Translations under genes and position numbers: made by a program
Shown: in pieces, positions 43,307 to 51,885 of the stretch
Layout: every line of letters begins with the position of its first letter
Numbering within the stretch: position 1 is the first letter of the stretch
The notes under the pieces: model-generated
Database searches by the model: none
Told to the model about the DNA's origin: nothing
The model's input: only the letters and a program-made list of their open reading frames with translations
Origin: an uncultured Ignavibacteriales bacterium
Lineage (GTDB): Bacteria > Zixibacteria > MSB-5A5 > GN15 > FEB-12
Reading direction: 5' to 3'
NCBI GenBank assembly: GCA_964489705.1
Contig: CAZAZQ010000015.1
Coordinates: forward strand, 3,393-67,392
Length of the DNA stretch: 64,000 nucleotides

Positions 43307-43750
43307 TTGTTGACTATCGGTTCGAGCGCTCCTTCTTTCGATCTGGAATCTTCCGACGGAGGACGGTTGTCGCTGAAAGACTTGCGCGGCAAGTACGCTG
43401 TGATTGTCTTTTATCCCAAGAACAATACCCCCGGTTGAAACCGCCAGCTCTCCGGTCTGGAGGCGATGAAGGCTCAGTTTGAGTCGGCAGGAGCAAGAGT
43501 GTTGGCGATAAATCCGGCGTCGGTCAAGTCTCATCAGAACTATCGGGATAAGAAAGGGTTTACATTTCCGCTCTTGTCCGATGAAGGCTCGAAAGTCGTC
43601 AAAGCGTATGACTGCTTGAAACCGACCGGCAAAGGGGTCTTGCGGACCGTCTATGCGCTTGATCCTTCCGGAAAAGTTATTTTCGCCGAGCGGGGTCATG
43701 CGGATTTGAACAAGGTGTTGGCGACTATCGAGCAGCATAAGAAAGGCTGA
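43307..43750 (+). CDS. Bcp-type peroxiredoxin with in-frame TGA (43436-43438) at the peroxidatic Cys position; probable selenoprotein
   Basis: AAGGAGG RBS (43294-43300), then TTG at 43307 or 43310. The translation APSFDLESSDGGRLSLKDLRGKYAVIVFYPKNNTPG[TGA]NRQLSGL..FPLLSDEGSKV..YALDPSGKV aligns with E. coli Bcp (FYPKAMTPGCT), with TGA at the Cys. The frame stays open to 43750. Confidence 0.75.
43445..43465 (+). promoter_or_regulatory. Candidate bacterial SECIS hairpin
   Basis: It starts 7 nt after the TGA. Pairs are C45-G65, G47-C64, C48-G63, C50-G62, U51-A61, C52-G60 and C53-G59, with A46 and U49 bulged. The apical loop GGUCU (43454-43458) resembles the loop I recall for the E. coli fdhF SECIS. 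Confidence 0.5.
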
Positions 43751-43972
43751 GTTGCTTGCGGTATTTGCCGGAAACGCAACGATGCGTCTTCTTCGGGCAA
43801 ACCGGTTTGATGTCGTCGGGGGAAATTTCAGGAAGTGGCTCTTGCTGTGGGTGATGGGAAAGGCTATATTGGAATGACAAGTGGAGGAAATGCCGCCGGT
43901 AAGCGAGAGGAGATGGTATCTGCATCGCCAGCCTCAGCGACCGGTGGAAGAGCGAGAAGGAAAAGAGGATAG

Positions 43973-45052
43973 ATGTATTTTTCTTTGCCCAAAGAATATC
44001 GGGAAGCCACCACAGACGAATTGCGGGAACGAATCGTCGCCGCCAAGAAAAAGCTGGGGGAGAGGCTCTGCATTTTGACCCATCATTACCAACGTCGCGA
44101 AGTTGTCGCCCTCGGTGATTACGTCGGGGACAGCTATGGGTTGTCGAAGCTCGCCGCCGAGCACAAGGAAGCGGAGATTATCGTTTTCTGCGGCGTGCAC
44201 TTCATGGCGGAGTCGGCAGATATTTTGACGGCGGAACATCAGACCGTTTTTCTCCCCAATCCTTTGGCGGGCTGTCCGATGGCTGACATGGCGGAAATGG
44301 CGGATGTCATGGAAGCCTGGGAATACCTGAAGCAATTCGGGGCGGAGAAGAATGTTATGCCCATTTCTTACATGAACACTACGGCGGGCTTGAAAGCCTT
44401 TACCGGTAGATACGGCGGCGTCATTTGCACTTCCTCGAATGCGGTGAAGGCATTTGCCTACGGCTTTGAGCGCAAAGAAAAAATCTTTTTCTTCCCCGAT
44501 GAAAATTTGGGCTACAATACCGGCTTGAAGTTCGGACTCTCCCCGGAGGAGATGGTTGTCTGGGACTTTTCACGGGAGCGAGGCGGTTTGACGGAAGAAC
44601 AAATCAAGCGTGCCAAACTCATCCTCTGGAAGGGACACTGCCATGTCCATACCAACTTCAAACCGGAGCATGTCCACCAGGTCCGACAACAATATCCCGA
44701 TGCCAAAATCGTCGTGCACCCGGAGTGTATCCCCGAAGTGGTGGCGTTGGCGGATGCCCACGGCTCGACCAGCTTCATCGTGAAATTCTGCGCCGATGCG
44801 CCGCCGGGTTCGGTTATTGCCATCGGGACGGAAATAAATCTTATCAACCGCATGGCACATCAATATCCCGATAAAAAGATTTTCGAACTTTCCGGGCAGA
44901 CTTGTCCGGTATGCGCCAATATGTACCGCACCACCTTGAACGATTTGGCATATACCCTGGAGCACTGGCAGGACATCAAGCCGATTCGGGTGGAGGAACC
45001 GACGCGCAGTGAAGCATTGCTGGCACTGGAGAAAATGCTGGAGATAAGTTAG
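43973..45052 (+). CDS. nadA: Quinolinate synthase
   Basis: GDSYGLSK, FCGVHFMAESA, the three Cys ligand regions (GCPMA, GHCHVH, CPVCANM), and GTE.N.I. Confidence 0.9.
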   Translation: MYFSLPKEYREATTDELRERIVAAKKKLGERLCILTHHYQRREVVALGDYVGDSYGLSKLAAEHKEAEIIVFCGVHFMAESADILTAEHQTVFLPNPLAGCPMADMAEMADVMEAWEYLKQFGAEKNVMPISYMNTTAGLKAFTGRYGGVICTSSNAVKAFAYGFERKEKIFFFPDENLGYNTGLKFGLSPEEMVVWDFSRERGGLTEEQIKRAKLILWKGHCHVHTNFKPEHVHQVRQQYPDAKIVVHPECIPEVVALADAHGSTSFIVKFCADAPPGSVIAIGTEINLINRMAHQYPDKKIFELSGQTCPVCANMYRTTLNDLAYTLEHWQDIKPIRVEEPTRSEALLALEKMLEIS

Positions 45053-45171
45053 CGGCGGCGGGGCGATACTTGACAACGTAGATATAGAATTATTATTATT
45101 AATCATACGAGAACAATGGGACGCTGCGGCGTTTCCGATTCATGAGTGAACAAAAGGAAGGTTAGTTTTAT

Positions 45172-46539
45172 ATGCCGGTAGATGTGCTCGTTCCCCAGAT
45201 GGGAGAGTCGGTTCTCGAAGGAACCGTTTTGGAATGGAAAGTGAAGGTCGGTGAAAGGGTCAAAGTCAACCAGCCGCTGGTGGAGTTGATGACCGACAAG
45301 GTAAATATCGAGATTCCTGCCGAGGTGGAAGGGGTATTGACTCACCAGTACGTCAAGGAAGGTGACGTGGTCGCCGTCGGCGCGAAAATTGCTACCATTG
45401 ACGACGGCGGCAAAGCGGTGTCAACCCAAAAGGAAGAAGCGCCACAAGCTGCCCCTCCGCCGAAAGCCGAAGCACCTGCGACGTCGCCTCCTTCCGCGTC
45501 TGCCGCACCGCCTGCCGCTGAGGTAAAAGCGACGGCGGCAAAGGGGAAAGGGAAGATGTCGCCCAAGGTACGGATGCTCCTCCGAGAGTATTCTTTAGAC
45601 CCGGCGGACGTGGCCCCGACCGGCAAGGAAGGGTTGGTAACGGTCGATGACGTCATGCGGGCGGTCGAGTCTCGTTCCCGTCAAGCCGGTTTTACCTTGG
45701 GACAAATTCCGCCGCCTCCGTTGCCGACATCGGCGACGCCTACCTCCCAATCGGCAACCGGCGCTCCTCCTGCCGCTGAGCCTCCCAAGCCAAGGGTCAC
45801 AGTGGAAATTCCTACCTTCGAACCGCTCCCCGAAGGACAGCGGGAGACCCGTTTGCCTTTGAAGGGAGTGCGGAAGATGATTTCCGACCACATGGTCAAG
45901 TCGGTGCGTACCTCGCCCCATGTAACGACCTTTGAAGATCTTGATTTGACCGAGCTGGTAGCTTTTCGGAAGCGTCTGAAAAAGGAATTCATGGACACCT
46001 ACGGTGTGAACATTACCTATATGCCCTTTATCGTGAAAGCGGTCTGTTTGGCGTTGCATGAATTTCCTTTGCTGAACGCCTCGATGACCGAGAGCGAGAT
46101 AATTCTGAAAAACTACTACAATATCGGTATAGCCGTTGCCCGCGAAGAAGGATTGATAGTGCCGGTGATTAAAGACGCCGACAAAAAGACCATCGTCGAG
46201 CTGGCGGTGGAGATGTCGCAACTTGGCGAGAAAGCCCGTGAAAACCGGTTGACTCCGGACGATGTCAGCGGCGGAACGTTTTCGTTGACCAACGCCGGAA
46301 TGTTCGGGGCTACTGCTTCCACCCCGATTATCAACCAGCCGCAGGTCGCCATTTTGGGTATTCATGCCATCGTCAAAAAGCCGTGGGTGGTAAATGGGGA
46401 GATAGTTGTCCGGGATATCTCGACCTTCGGGCTCTCCTTTGATCATCGTTTGATAGACGGCCATGTGGCGGTACAGTTCCTCCATCGGGTGCATGAGTAC
46501 CTCTCGGATATTCCCAAGATGCTGTTGTATCTTCGATAG
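45172..46539 (+). CDS. 2-oxoacid dehydrogenase E2 acyltransferase (lipoyl domain, E3/E1-binding domain, catalytic domain)
   Basis: Lipoyl-Lys context VELMTDKVNIEIPA, Ala/Pro linkers, a PSBD (SPKVRMLLREYSLDP) and the catalytic DHRLIDG. Confidence 0.9.
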   Translation: MPVDVLVPQMGESVLEGTVLEWKVKVGERVKVNQPLVELMTDKVNIEIPAEVEGVLTHQYVKEGDVVAVGAKIATIDDGGKAVSTQKEEAPQAAPPPKAEAPATSPPSASAAPPAAEVKATAAKGKGKMSPKVRMLLREYSLDPADVAPTGKEGLVTVDDVMRAVESRSRQAGFTLGQIPPPPLPTSATPTSQSATGAPPAAEPPKPRVTVEIPTFEPLPEGQRETRLPLKGVRKMISDHMVKSVRTSPHVTTFEDLDLTELVAFRKRLKKEFMDTYGVNITYMPFIVKAVCLALHEFPLLNASMTESEIILKNYYNIGIAVAREEGLIVPVIKDADKKTIVELAVEMSQLGEKARENRLTPDDVSGGTFSLTNAGMFGATASTPIINQPQVAILGIHAIVKKPWVVNGEIVVRDISTFGLSFDHRLIDGHVAVQFLHRVHEYLSDIPKMLLYLR

Positions 46540-46541
46540 CA

Positions 46542-47243
46542 ATGGAGAATTTTGAACGGAAACGCTACGGGTGGGTGCTCGAACTGGGCGAAGTCGATTA
46601 CGAGCGGATTCATCGCTGGCAGCGCGGTTTGGTCACTATGCGTCGAGAAGGGCTGGCGCGGGATACCATCATCTTGGTCGAACATCCCCCGGTAATTACG
46701 GTCGGTAAAGACGGTCATCCGGAGCACTTTGCCAATCTCGAGGTCCAACCCATCTTTGTCGAACGGGGAGGTGATGTGACCTATCACGGACCCGGGCAGT
46801 TGGTGGTGTACTTTATTTTCGATTTGACCCGCCGAGGCAGAGACCTTCACCGGTTTATCCGTGATGTTCAAGAAGGCATTATCCGTACCCTTCAGGTTTG
46901 GGGAATCTCCGCTCGGCGCGACCGAGAGCATACAGGCGTGTGGGTGGAAGACAAGAAAATCGCCTCTTTGGGCATCGCTGTCAAACAATGGGTGACGTTT
47001 CATGGAGTCGCTATAAATCTCAATACCGCCTTGGAAGAGTTCCGCAAGATTAACCCGTGCGGACTGGAACCGGCGGTCATGACCTCGGTACGACAACTCA
47101 CCGGAAAGAGCGTTGACCGGAAAGTGTTCGGGGCTCGTTTGGTGGAAGCATATAAGGATATTTTCCAAACGGAGTTTACTCCCATTGCCTTGGAAGAGAT
47201 AGCGGAAGAGTTGGAATCGCAAGCCGGCGGCTACACTATTTAG
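46542..47243 (+). CDS. lipB: Octanoyltransferase (lipoyl(octanoyl) transferase)
   Basis: HPPVITVG, RGGDVTYHGPGQLV.Y, KIASLG..V, and NPCG containing the catalytic Cys. Confidence 0.9.
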   Translation: MENFERKRYGWVLELGEVDYERIHRWQRGLVTMRREGLARDTIILVEHPPVITVGKDGHPEHFANLEVQPIFVERGGDVTYHGPGQLVVYFIFDLTRRGRDLHRFIRDVQEGIIRTLQVWGISARRDREHTGVWVEDKKIASLGIAVKQWVTFHGVAINLNTALEEFRKINPCGLEPAVMTSVRQLTGKSVDRKVFGARLVEAYKDIFQTEFTPIALEEIAEELESQAGGYTI

Positions 47244-47278
47244 GGTCGTCGGAAGGGTAAGAAAAGTAAGGAAGGAAA

Positions 47279-48034
47279 ATGGAAGAAAAGGAATTGAAAG
47301 GAAAGGTTGCTTTTGTCTCGGGAGGGACGCGGGGAATCGGTTTGGAAGTGGCAAAGAAACTGGCGCAGCAAGGAGCGGATGTCGTCATCAGTTATTTCCG
47401 AAGTCGCCAGAATGCCAAGGAGGCACAAGATATCATCGAGAGTCACGGGGTGCAGTGCGTCACGTACCGCGTGAATATGGCGAACTCGGAACAGGTGCCG
47501 ACTATTTTTCAAGGCATCCGGGAAAAGTTTGGGAAGTTGGACATTTTGATTTCCAACGCCGCTCTCGGGACGTACACCGATATGCTCAATATCGACCGCA
47601 AGTCGTGGGAGTTGTCCATGCACACCAACGCCCGGGCATTTCTCATGTGTATCCAGTTGGGAGTACCGATGATGCCGGAAGGGGGACGTATTGTGGCGCT
47701 TTCCTCGCTGGGTTCCACCCGCTACATCCCCGGCTACGCCGCCATCGGCGTTTCCAAAGCCGCCATCGAGAACATGGTGCGCTACTCGGCGATTGAGCTG
47801 GCGTCGCGCGGCATTACGGTCAATTGCGTTTCCGGCGGGTTCATCGATACCAATGCTCTCAAGGTCTTTCCCAATTATCAGGAGCTCCTCGACGAAGTTA
47901 TCGCCCGCACGCCGTTCAAGCGGGTCGGCAAGCCGGAAGAAGTAGCCGACGTAGTGCTGTTTTTAGCCGGTCCGCATTCCAGTTGGATTACGGGTCAGAC
48001 CATTGTCGTCGACGGGGGGTACTCATTGACGTAA
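47279..48034 (+). CDS. SDR family oxidoreductase, FabL-like (probable enoyl-ACP reductase III)
   Basis: [12 protein letters not shown], and [21 protein letters not shown]. The C-terminal [21 protein letters not shown] closely parallels B. subtilis FabL as I recall it. Confidence 0.65.
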   Translation: MEEKELKGKVAFVSGGTRGIGLEVAKKLAQQGADVVISYFRSRQNAKEAQDIIESHGVQCVTYRVNMANSEQVPTIFQGIREKFGKLDILISNAALGTYTDMLNIDRKSWELSMHTNARAFLMCIQLGVPMMPEGGRIVALSSLGSTRYIPGYAAIGVSKAAIENMVRYSAIELASRGITVNCVSGGFIDTNALKVFPNYQELLDEVIARTPFKRVGKPEEVADVVLFLAGPHSSWITGQTIVVDGGYSLT

Positions 48035-48101
48035 AGCGAGTGAGTGAGTGGCTTGTCACCTCTTTGACGTTTCGTTGCTTATAAGGAAGTAAAGTGGACC
48101 G

Positions 48102-48467
48102 CTACCAGATGCCGAGCACGTCCTTGGCGTAATCGGAGCACATTTCTTTCGGGTTCCACGGTGGATCCCACACCAACGTCAGCTCGACATCCTTGACGCC
48201 TTCCAAAGAGGCAACCGCCCGCTGAGCTTGCATGAGCAACATTTCCCCGTAGGGGCACGCCGGAGTGGTAAGGGTCATCTTGATTTGGACTTTTCCTTCC
48301 GGCGTGATGTTGATGTCGTACACCAGCCCCAGATCAACGATGCCCAAACCGATTTCCGGGTCTTGCACCGGTTTGAGAACTTCGAGGATGCGCTCCTTGG
48401 TCAGCCCTTCCGCCGGTTTCTTTTCGGCGTCTTTGTTATTATCACTTGCTTGCTGATTGTTCATCAT
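48102..48467 (-). CDS. sufT: DUF59/MIP18-family Fe-S assembly protein (SufT-like)
   Basis: ILEVLKPVQDPEIGLGIVDLGLVY..V.MTLTTPACP..V.L.WDPPW. I chose ATG 48465-48467. The upstream extension in the track overlaps sufU in another frame. Confidence 0.8.
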   Translation of the reverse strand: MMNNQQASDNNKDAEKKPAEGLTKERILEVLKPVQDPEIGLGIVDLGLVYDINITPEGKVQIKMTLTTPACPYGEMLLMQAQRAVASLEGVKDVELTLVWDPPWNPKEMCSDYAKDVLGIW

Positions 48468-48942
48468 CGCTGTCTTCCGTCGAAACACGGGTGGGGGTAT
48501 CCCCTTTCCCTTCTTCGTGGTTTTTGAGCCCTTCCATGAAGGTAATCCATGCCAACAGGGCACACTTAATCCGCACCGGAAAATTGCGGACGCCCTGAAG
48601 AGCGTCGAGATCACCCAAGTCGTCGGGGATTTCGGTTTCTTCCCCTTTGAGCATTTTCTTGACGATCTGGGCGATTCGTTTGGCATCTTCTATCGACTTT
48701 CCCTTGATGACTTCCGCCAACATAGAGCCGGAAGCCACCGAGATAGCGCAGCCGTGGCAGTCGACGTGGACATCCTTTACCGTGCCGTTCTCCAGTTCCA
48801 CTTGCAGATGGACTTCATCGCCGCAGGAGGGGTTGGTTCCGTCGGAAATGACATCCGCATTTTTGAGCGGTTTTTTCCCGCGAGGGGAACGGTAGTGATC
48901 CAGAATTATATCCCGGTACATGTCGTCAAGCGGTTCATTCAT
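48442..48942 (-). CDS. sufU: SUF-type Fe-S scaffold/sulfur acceptor SufU (IscU-like)
   Basis: YRDIILDHYRSPRGK, NPSCGDEV, GCAIS.AS and ALLAW. Confidence 0.85.
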   Translation of the reverse strand: MNEPLDDMYRDIILDHYRSPRGKKPLKNADVISDGTNPSCGDEVHLQVELENGTVKDVHVDCHGCAISVASGSMLAEVIKGKSIEDAKRIAQIVKKMLKGEETEIPDDLGDLDALQGVRNFPVRIKCALLAWITFMEGLKNHEEGKGDTPTRVSTEDSDDEQSASK

Positions 48943-50213
48943 ACGCCAAAATATCTCCTCATCTCTTTTAATGCGTCAACCAGAGCATCGATATCGGACG
49001 GGTCGTTGTAAATATACAGCGAAGCGCGGGCGGTGGCAATCTTTCCGAGAATTCTCACCAACGGTTGGGCGCAGTGGTGACCGGCGCGAATGGCGATACC
49101 TTTCGAATCCAGAAAAGTGCTGATATCGTGCGGGTGGATATCTTTATCCGTAAATGAGATGGTGCCGCCGCGTTGGGTGAACTCTTGCGGTCCCTGCACT
49201 TCGATGCCGTCAATTTCCAAGAGCCGCTCCATGGCATAGGTCGTCAGACTGATTTCGTGTTGGCGGATATTCTCCATGCCGATTGATTCCAAGTAGGTCA
49301 GAGCGGCGTCGAAAGCAATCACGTCAGCGATGTTCGGTGTCCCGCCTTCGAACTTGTGCGGCAGATCCGCCCAGGTTACTTTGTCGAAACGAACTTCCCG
49401 AATCATTTCTCCACCCATGTTGAACGGCGGCATTGCTTCCAAAAGCTCACGCTTGCCGTACAGTACCCCCACGCCGGTAGGTCCGAGCATCTTATGGGCG
49501 GAAAAGGCATAAAAATCAGCTCCTAACGAAGGGATGTCGACGGGCATGTGAGGCGCCGCCTGGGCACCGTCGACCAGCACCACGGCGCCGACTTTTTTAG
49601 CGCGCTCGGCTAGCTCCGCCACCGGGTTGATGGTGCCCAACACATTCGACATGTGGGTAACGGCAAGGAGCTTGGTGCGCGAGGTCAGCAAGTTATCCAG
49701 GTTACTCAAATCCAAATGTCCGCACAAGGTGATGGGGATGCGCTTGAGAATCGCCTTCTTTTTCCGAGCGAGAATCACCCACGGGACGAGGTTGGCGTGG
49801 TGTTCCATTTCGGTGATGAGGATTTCGTCGCCTTCGGAGATGTTTTGTTCTCCCCACGTGTATACCACCAAGTTGATTGCTTCGGTCGTGCCGCGGGTAA
49901 AAATAATCTCGTGTGCATCCACGCCGCCGACAAATTTCGCCACATGTTCCCGAGTGTGTTCGTAAGCGGTGGTAGCCCGTTCGGCAAGGGTATGCAAGCC
50001 GCGGTGGATATTGGCGTTGGTCTTTCGGTAGTATTCTATAAGGGCATTGATGACGGCGCGCGGTTTCTGGGTCGTGGCGGCATTATCCAGGTAGACCAGA
50101 CGATGACCGTTGATGGTTTCATTGAGAATGGGAAAATCGGCTTTGATCTTCTCGTGGTCCAAAAGACAGGCGTCGATATGCTTGGCAAACTGTTTTTTCG
50201 TGTTTAGTTCCAT
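48939..50213 (-). CDS. sufS: Cysteine desulfurase, SufS class II
   Basis: FPIL...INGH.LVYLDNAATTQKP, the PLP Lys in FSAHKMLGPTG, and the active-site loop RAGHHCAQP. Confidence 0.95.
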   Translation of the reverse strand: MELNTKKQFAKHIDACLLDHEKIKADFPILNETINGHRLVYLDNAATTQKPRAVINALIEYYRKTNANIHRGLHTLAERATTAYEHTREHVAKFVGGVDAHEIIFTRGTTEAINLVVYTWGEQNISEGDEILITEMEHHANLVPWVILARKKKAILKRIPITLCGHLDLSNLDNLLTSRTKLLAVTHMSNVLGTINPVAELAERAKKVGAVVLVDGAQAAPHMPVDIPSLGADFYAFSAHKMLGPTGVGVLYGKRELLEAMPPFNMGGEMIREVRFDKVTWADLPHKFEGGTPNIADVIAFDAALTYLESIGMENIRQHEISLTTYAMERLLEIDGIEVQGPQEFTQRGGTISFTDKDIHPHDISTFLDSKGIAIRAGHHCAQPLVRILGKIATARASLYIYNDPSDIDALVDALKEMRRYFGV

Positions 50214-50246
50214 CCTTTGTCCCTTTGTCTTCTCTCTGTTTCCGTA

Positions 50247-50558
50247 TTACCCCAGACGAACATAGATATCCTCGCCTTCCACTTTGACTTCATACGTTTC
50301 CAAGGGCACCAGTGCCGGGGGGGCTTTGACACTCCCGTCCCGGATGTCGAAGCGGGCGCCGTGCCGCGGGCAGACGACCTCGTGGTCACGAAGTTCGCCG
50401 TTGCTGATCGGTTCATTGTCGTGGGTGCAGGTATCCTCGACGGCAAAGAACCCGTCGTCGGTATGGCAGAGCACAAATCGGTCGTGGCCGATTTCAAACG
50501 GCTTCATTGTTCCGCTTGGTATCTCTTTCACGGTTGCAACTTTGACAAAATCCGCCAT
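50247..50558 (-). CDS. Rieske [2Fe-2S] ferredoxin-like protein embedded in the suf operon
   Basis: The CTH..(x16)..CPRHG Rieske ligand pattern in a 103-aa protein. Confidence 0.85.
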   Translation of the reverse strand: MADFVKVATVKEIPSGTMKPFEIGHDRFVLCHTDDGFFAVEDTCTHDNEPISNGELRDHEVVCPRHGARFDIRDGSVKAPPALVPLETYEVKVEGEDIYVRLG

Positions 50559-50560
50559 AG

Positions 50561-51883
50561 TTAGATTCCCTCCAAGCTGGTCGTGACAAATTCTCTCACT
50601 CGTTCCTTGAGGTTTTCCGGTATTTGCGTCAGGGTCGTTTCAACGAAACCGGAGACCACCATCTTCACGGCTTCCGACGGTTCTATGCCGCGGGAGGTCA
50701 GGTAGAAAATCTGCATTGGGTCAATAGGTCCGATGGTGGCGCCGTGGGTGCATTGCACATCTTCGTTGAGGATTTCCAGTTCGGGGATAGTTTCCGCTTT
50801 CGTGCCGGGATTCAAAAGGAGGTTTCGGTTTTCCTGATACGCTTCACAGCCGCGGGCGGATTTTTCAATCCGAATCAAACCGGTGTATGCCGACTCGGCG
50901 CGGTCACGGAGGGCTACCTTGAAGTCGATGTTTGAAGATGTATGAGAAGCAAGGTGGTGGTGGAGGGTATGATTGTCAAAATGCTGGCGGTCGGCACCAA
51001 AAAGCAAACCATAGGTGTTGCTTTGCGCTCCTTCGCCGTTAAGGAGAACGCCGAAATTTTGTTTGGAAACCGCCCCGCCGAAAGAAAGGGAAATTGTTAC
51101 CATCTCGGCATCGGCTTCGATGCGGGAGCGATGGGTAAGGTAGACTGCTGCGGCAGGGTTGAGTTGTTGGAGTGGGACATAGCTGGTCCGGCTGTTTTCC
51201 GCCCCGAAAATTTCCACCATGCTGTTGGTGTAGCTGGAGCCCTGGTCGAGGTCGGACGCTCCGCCGCGATATTCGTCGATAATTACGGCTTCCGCTTCTT
51301 TCCCGACGACAACCAGCAAGCGGGGGAAATGTACCGAATGTTCTTTTCCGCTAATCCGAACCAGATGAATCGGGTGAGCTATTTTAACCCGATCGGGGAT
51401 GTAAAGGAAGATGCCTTCGTTAAAAAGGGCGCTGTTGAGGGCTTCGAATTTTCCTGTCTCGCTGTTGATTAATTGGTACAAGTAGGGTTCGATCAGTTCT
51501 CGATGGCTGTTCACCGCTTCCGAAAGCGTCGATATGATAACTCCCTCTTTCTCTGACTCCGGTTGCCGATGGATTTTTACTTCCTTACCGCCTTGATCGA
51601 TGACCACTCCCGCCAAGAGGCTTTGTTCCAAATCTCTTAAAACTTCTTGAGTTGCTCTCCGGTAATCTTCGGGCGAGAGAAAATCTTTCGTTGTCTGTTG
51701 ATCGACGAGGAACTTTTTCGGGTCGGTATAGCGCCAGAGGTGAAGTCCGCGGCGGGGAAGAGGAGCATGGTTGAATGCTTCCCGAGCGGCGTGACGCCGA
51801 CGGCGCAACCATTCGGGACCCCGTTCCAAGGCAGGGGAGAGCTTGTCTATCGTATACTGCGATTGGGTCGTTGTCGTATTCAT
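50561..51883 (-). CDS. sufD: Fe-S cluster assembly protein SufD
   Basis: Beta-helix family member following sufB, with a C-terminal F.L.SRGI....A......GF. Confidence 0.85.
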   Translation of the reverse strand: MNTTTTQSQYTIDKLSPALERGPEWLRRRRHAAREAFNHAPLPRRGLHLWRYTDPKKFLVDQQTTKDFLSPEDYRRATQEVLRDLEQSLLAGVVIDQGGKEVKIHRQPESEKEGVIISTLSEAVNSHRELIEPYLYQLINSETGKFEALNSALFNEGIFLYIPDRVKIAHPIHLVRISGKEHSVHFPRLLVVVGKEAEAVIIDEYRGGASDLDQGSSYTNSMVEIFGAENSRTSYVPLQQLNPAAAVYLTHRSRIEADAEMVTISLSFGGAVSKQNFGVLLNGEGAQSNTYGLLFGADRQHFDNHTLHHHLASHTSSNIDFKVALRDRAESAYTGLIRIEKSARGCEAYQENRNLLLNPGTKAETIPELEILNEDVQCTHGATIGPIDPMQIFYLTSRGIEPSEAVKMVVSGFVETTLTQIPENLKERVREFVTTSLEGI

Positions 51884-51885
51884 AG

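Noticed and set aside
43436-43438. Interpreting the TGA in the Bcp-like gene as a nonsense mutation (pseudogene)
   Set aside because: Both halves remain intact and in frame. The stop sits exactly on the catalytic Cys codon, a SECIS-like hairpin follows at the right distance, and Sec-peroxiredoxins are an established family. A pseudogene remains the fallback if no Sec machinery exists in the genome.
43751-43972. Possible NAD+ (nadA-motif) riboswitch in the 220-nt leader of nadA
   Set aside because: I could not find the tandem conserved stem-bulge elements I associate with the motif. This cannot be decided without an Infernal/Rfam scan.
48468-48686. N-terminal 73-codon extension of the SufT-like ORF
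   Set aside because: It overlaps sufU in another frame and translates to basic, low-complexity sequence. The conserved DUF59 domain starts after the ATG at 48465-48467.
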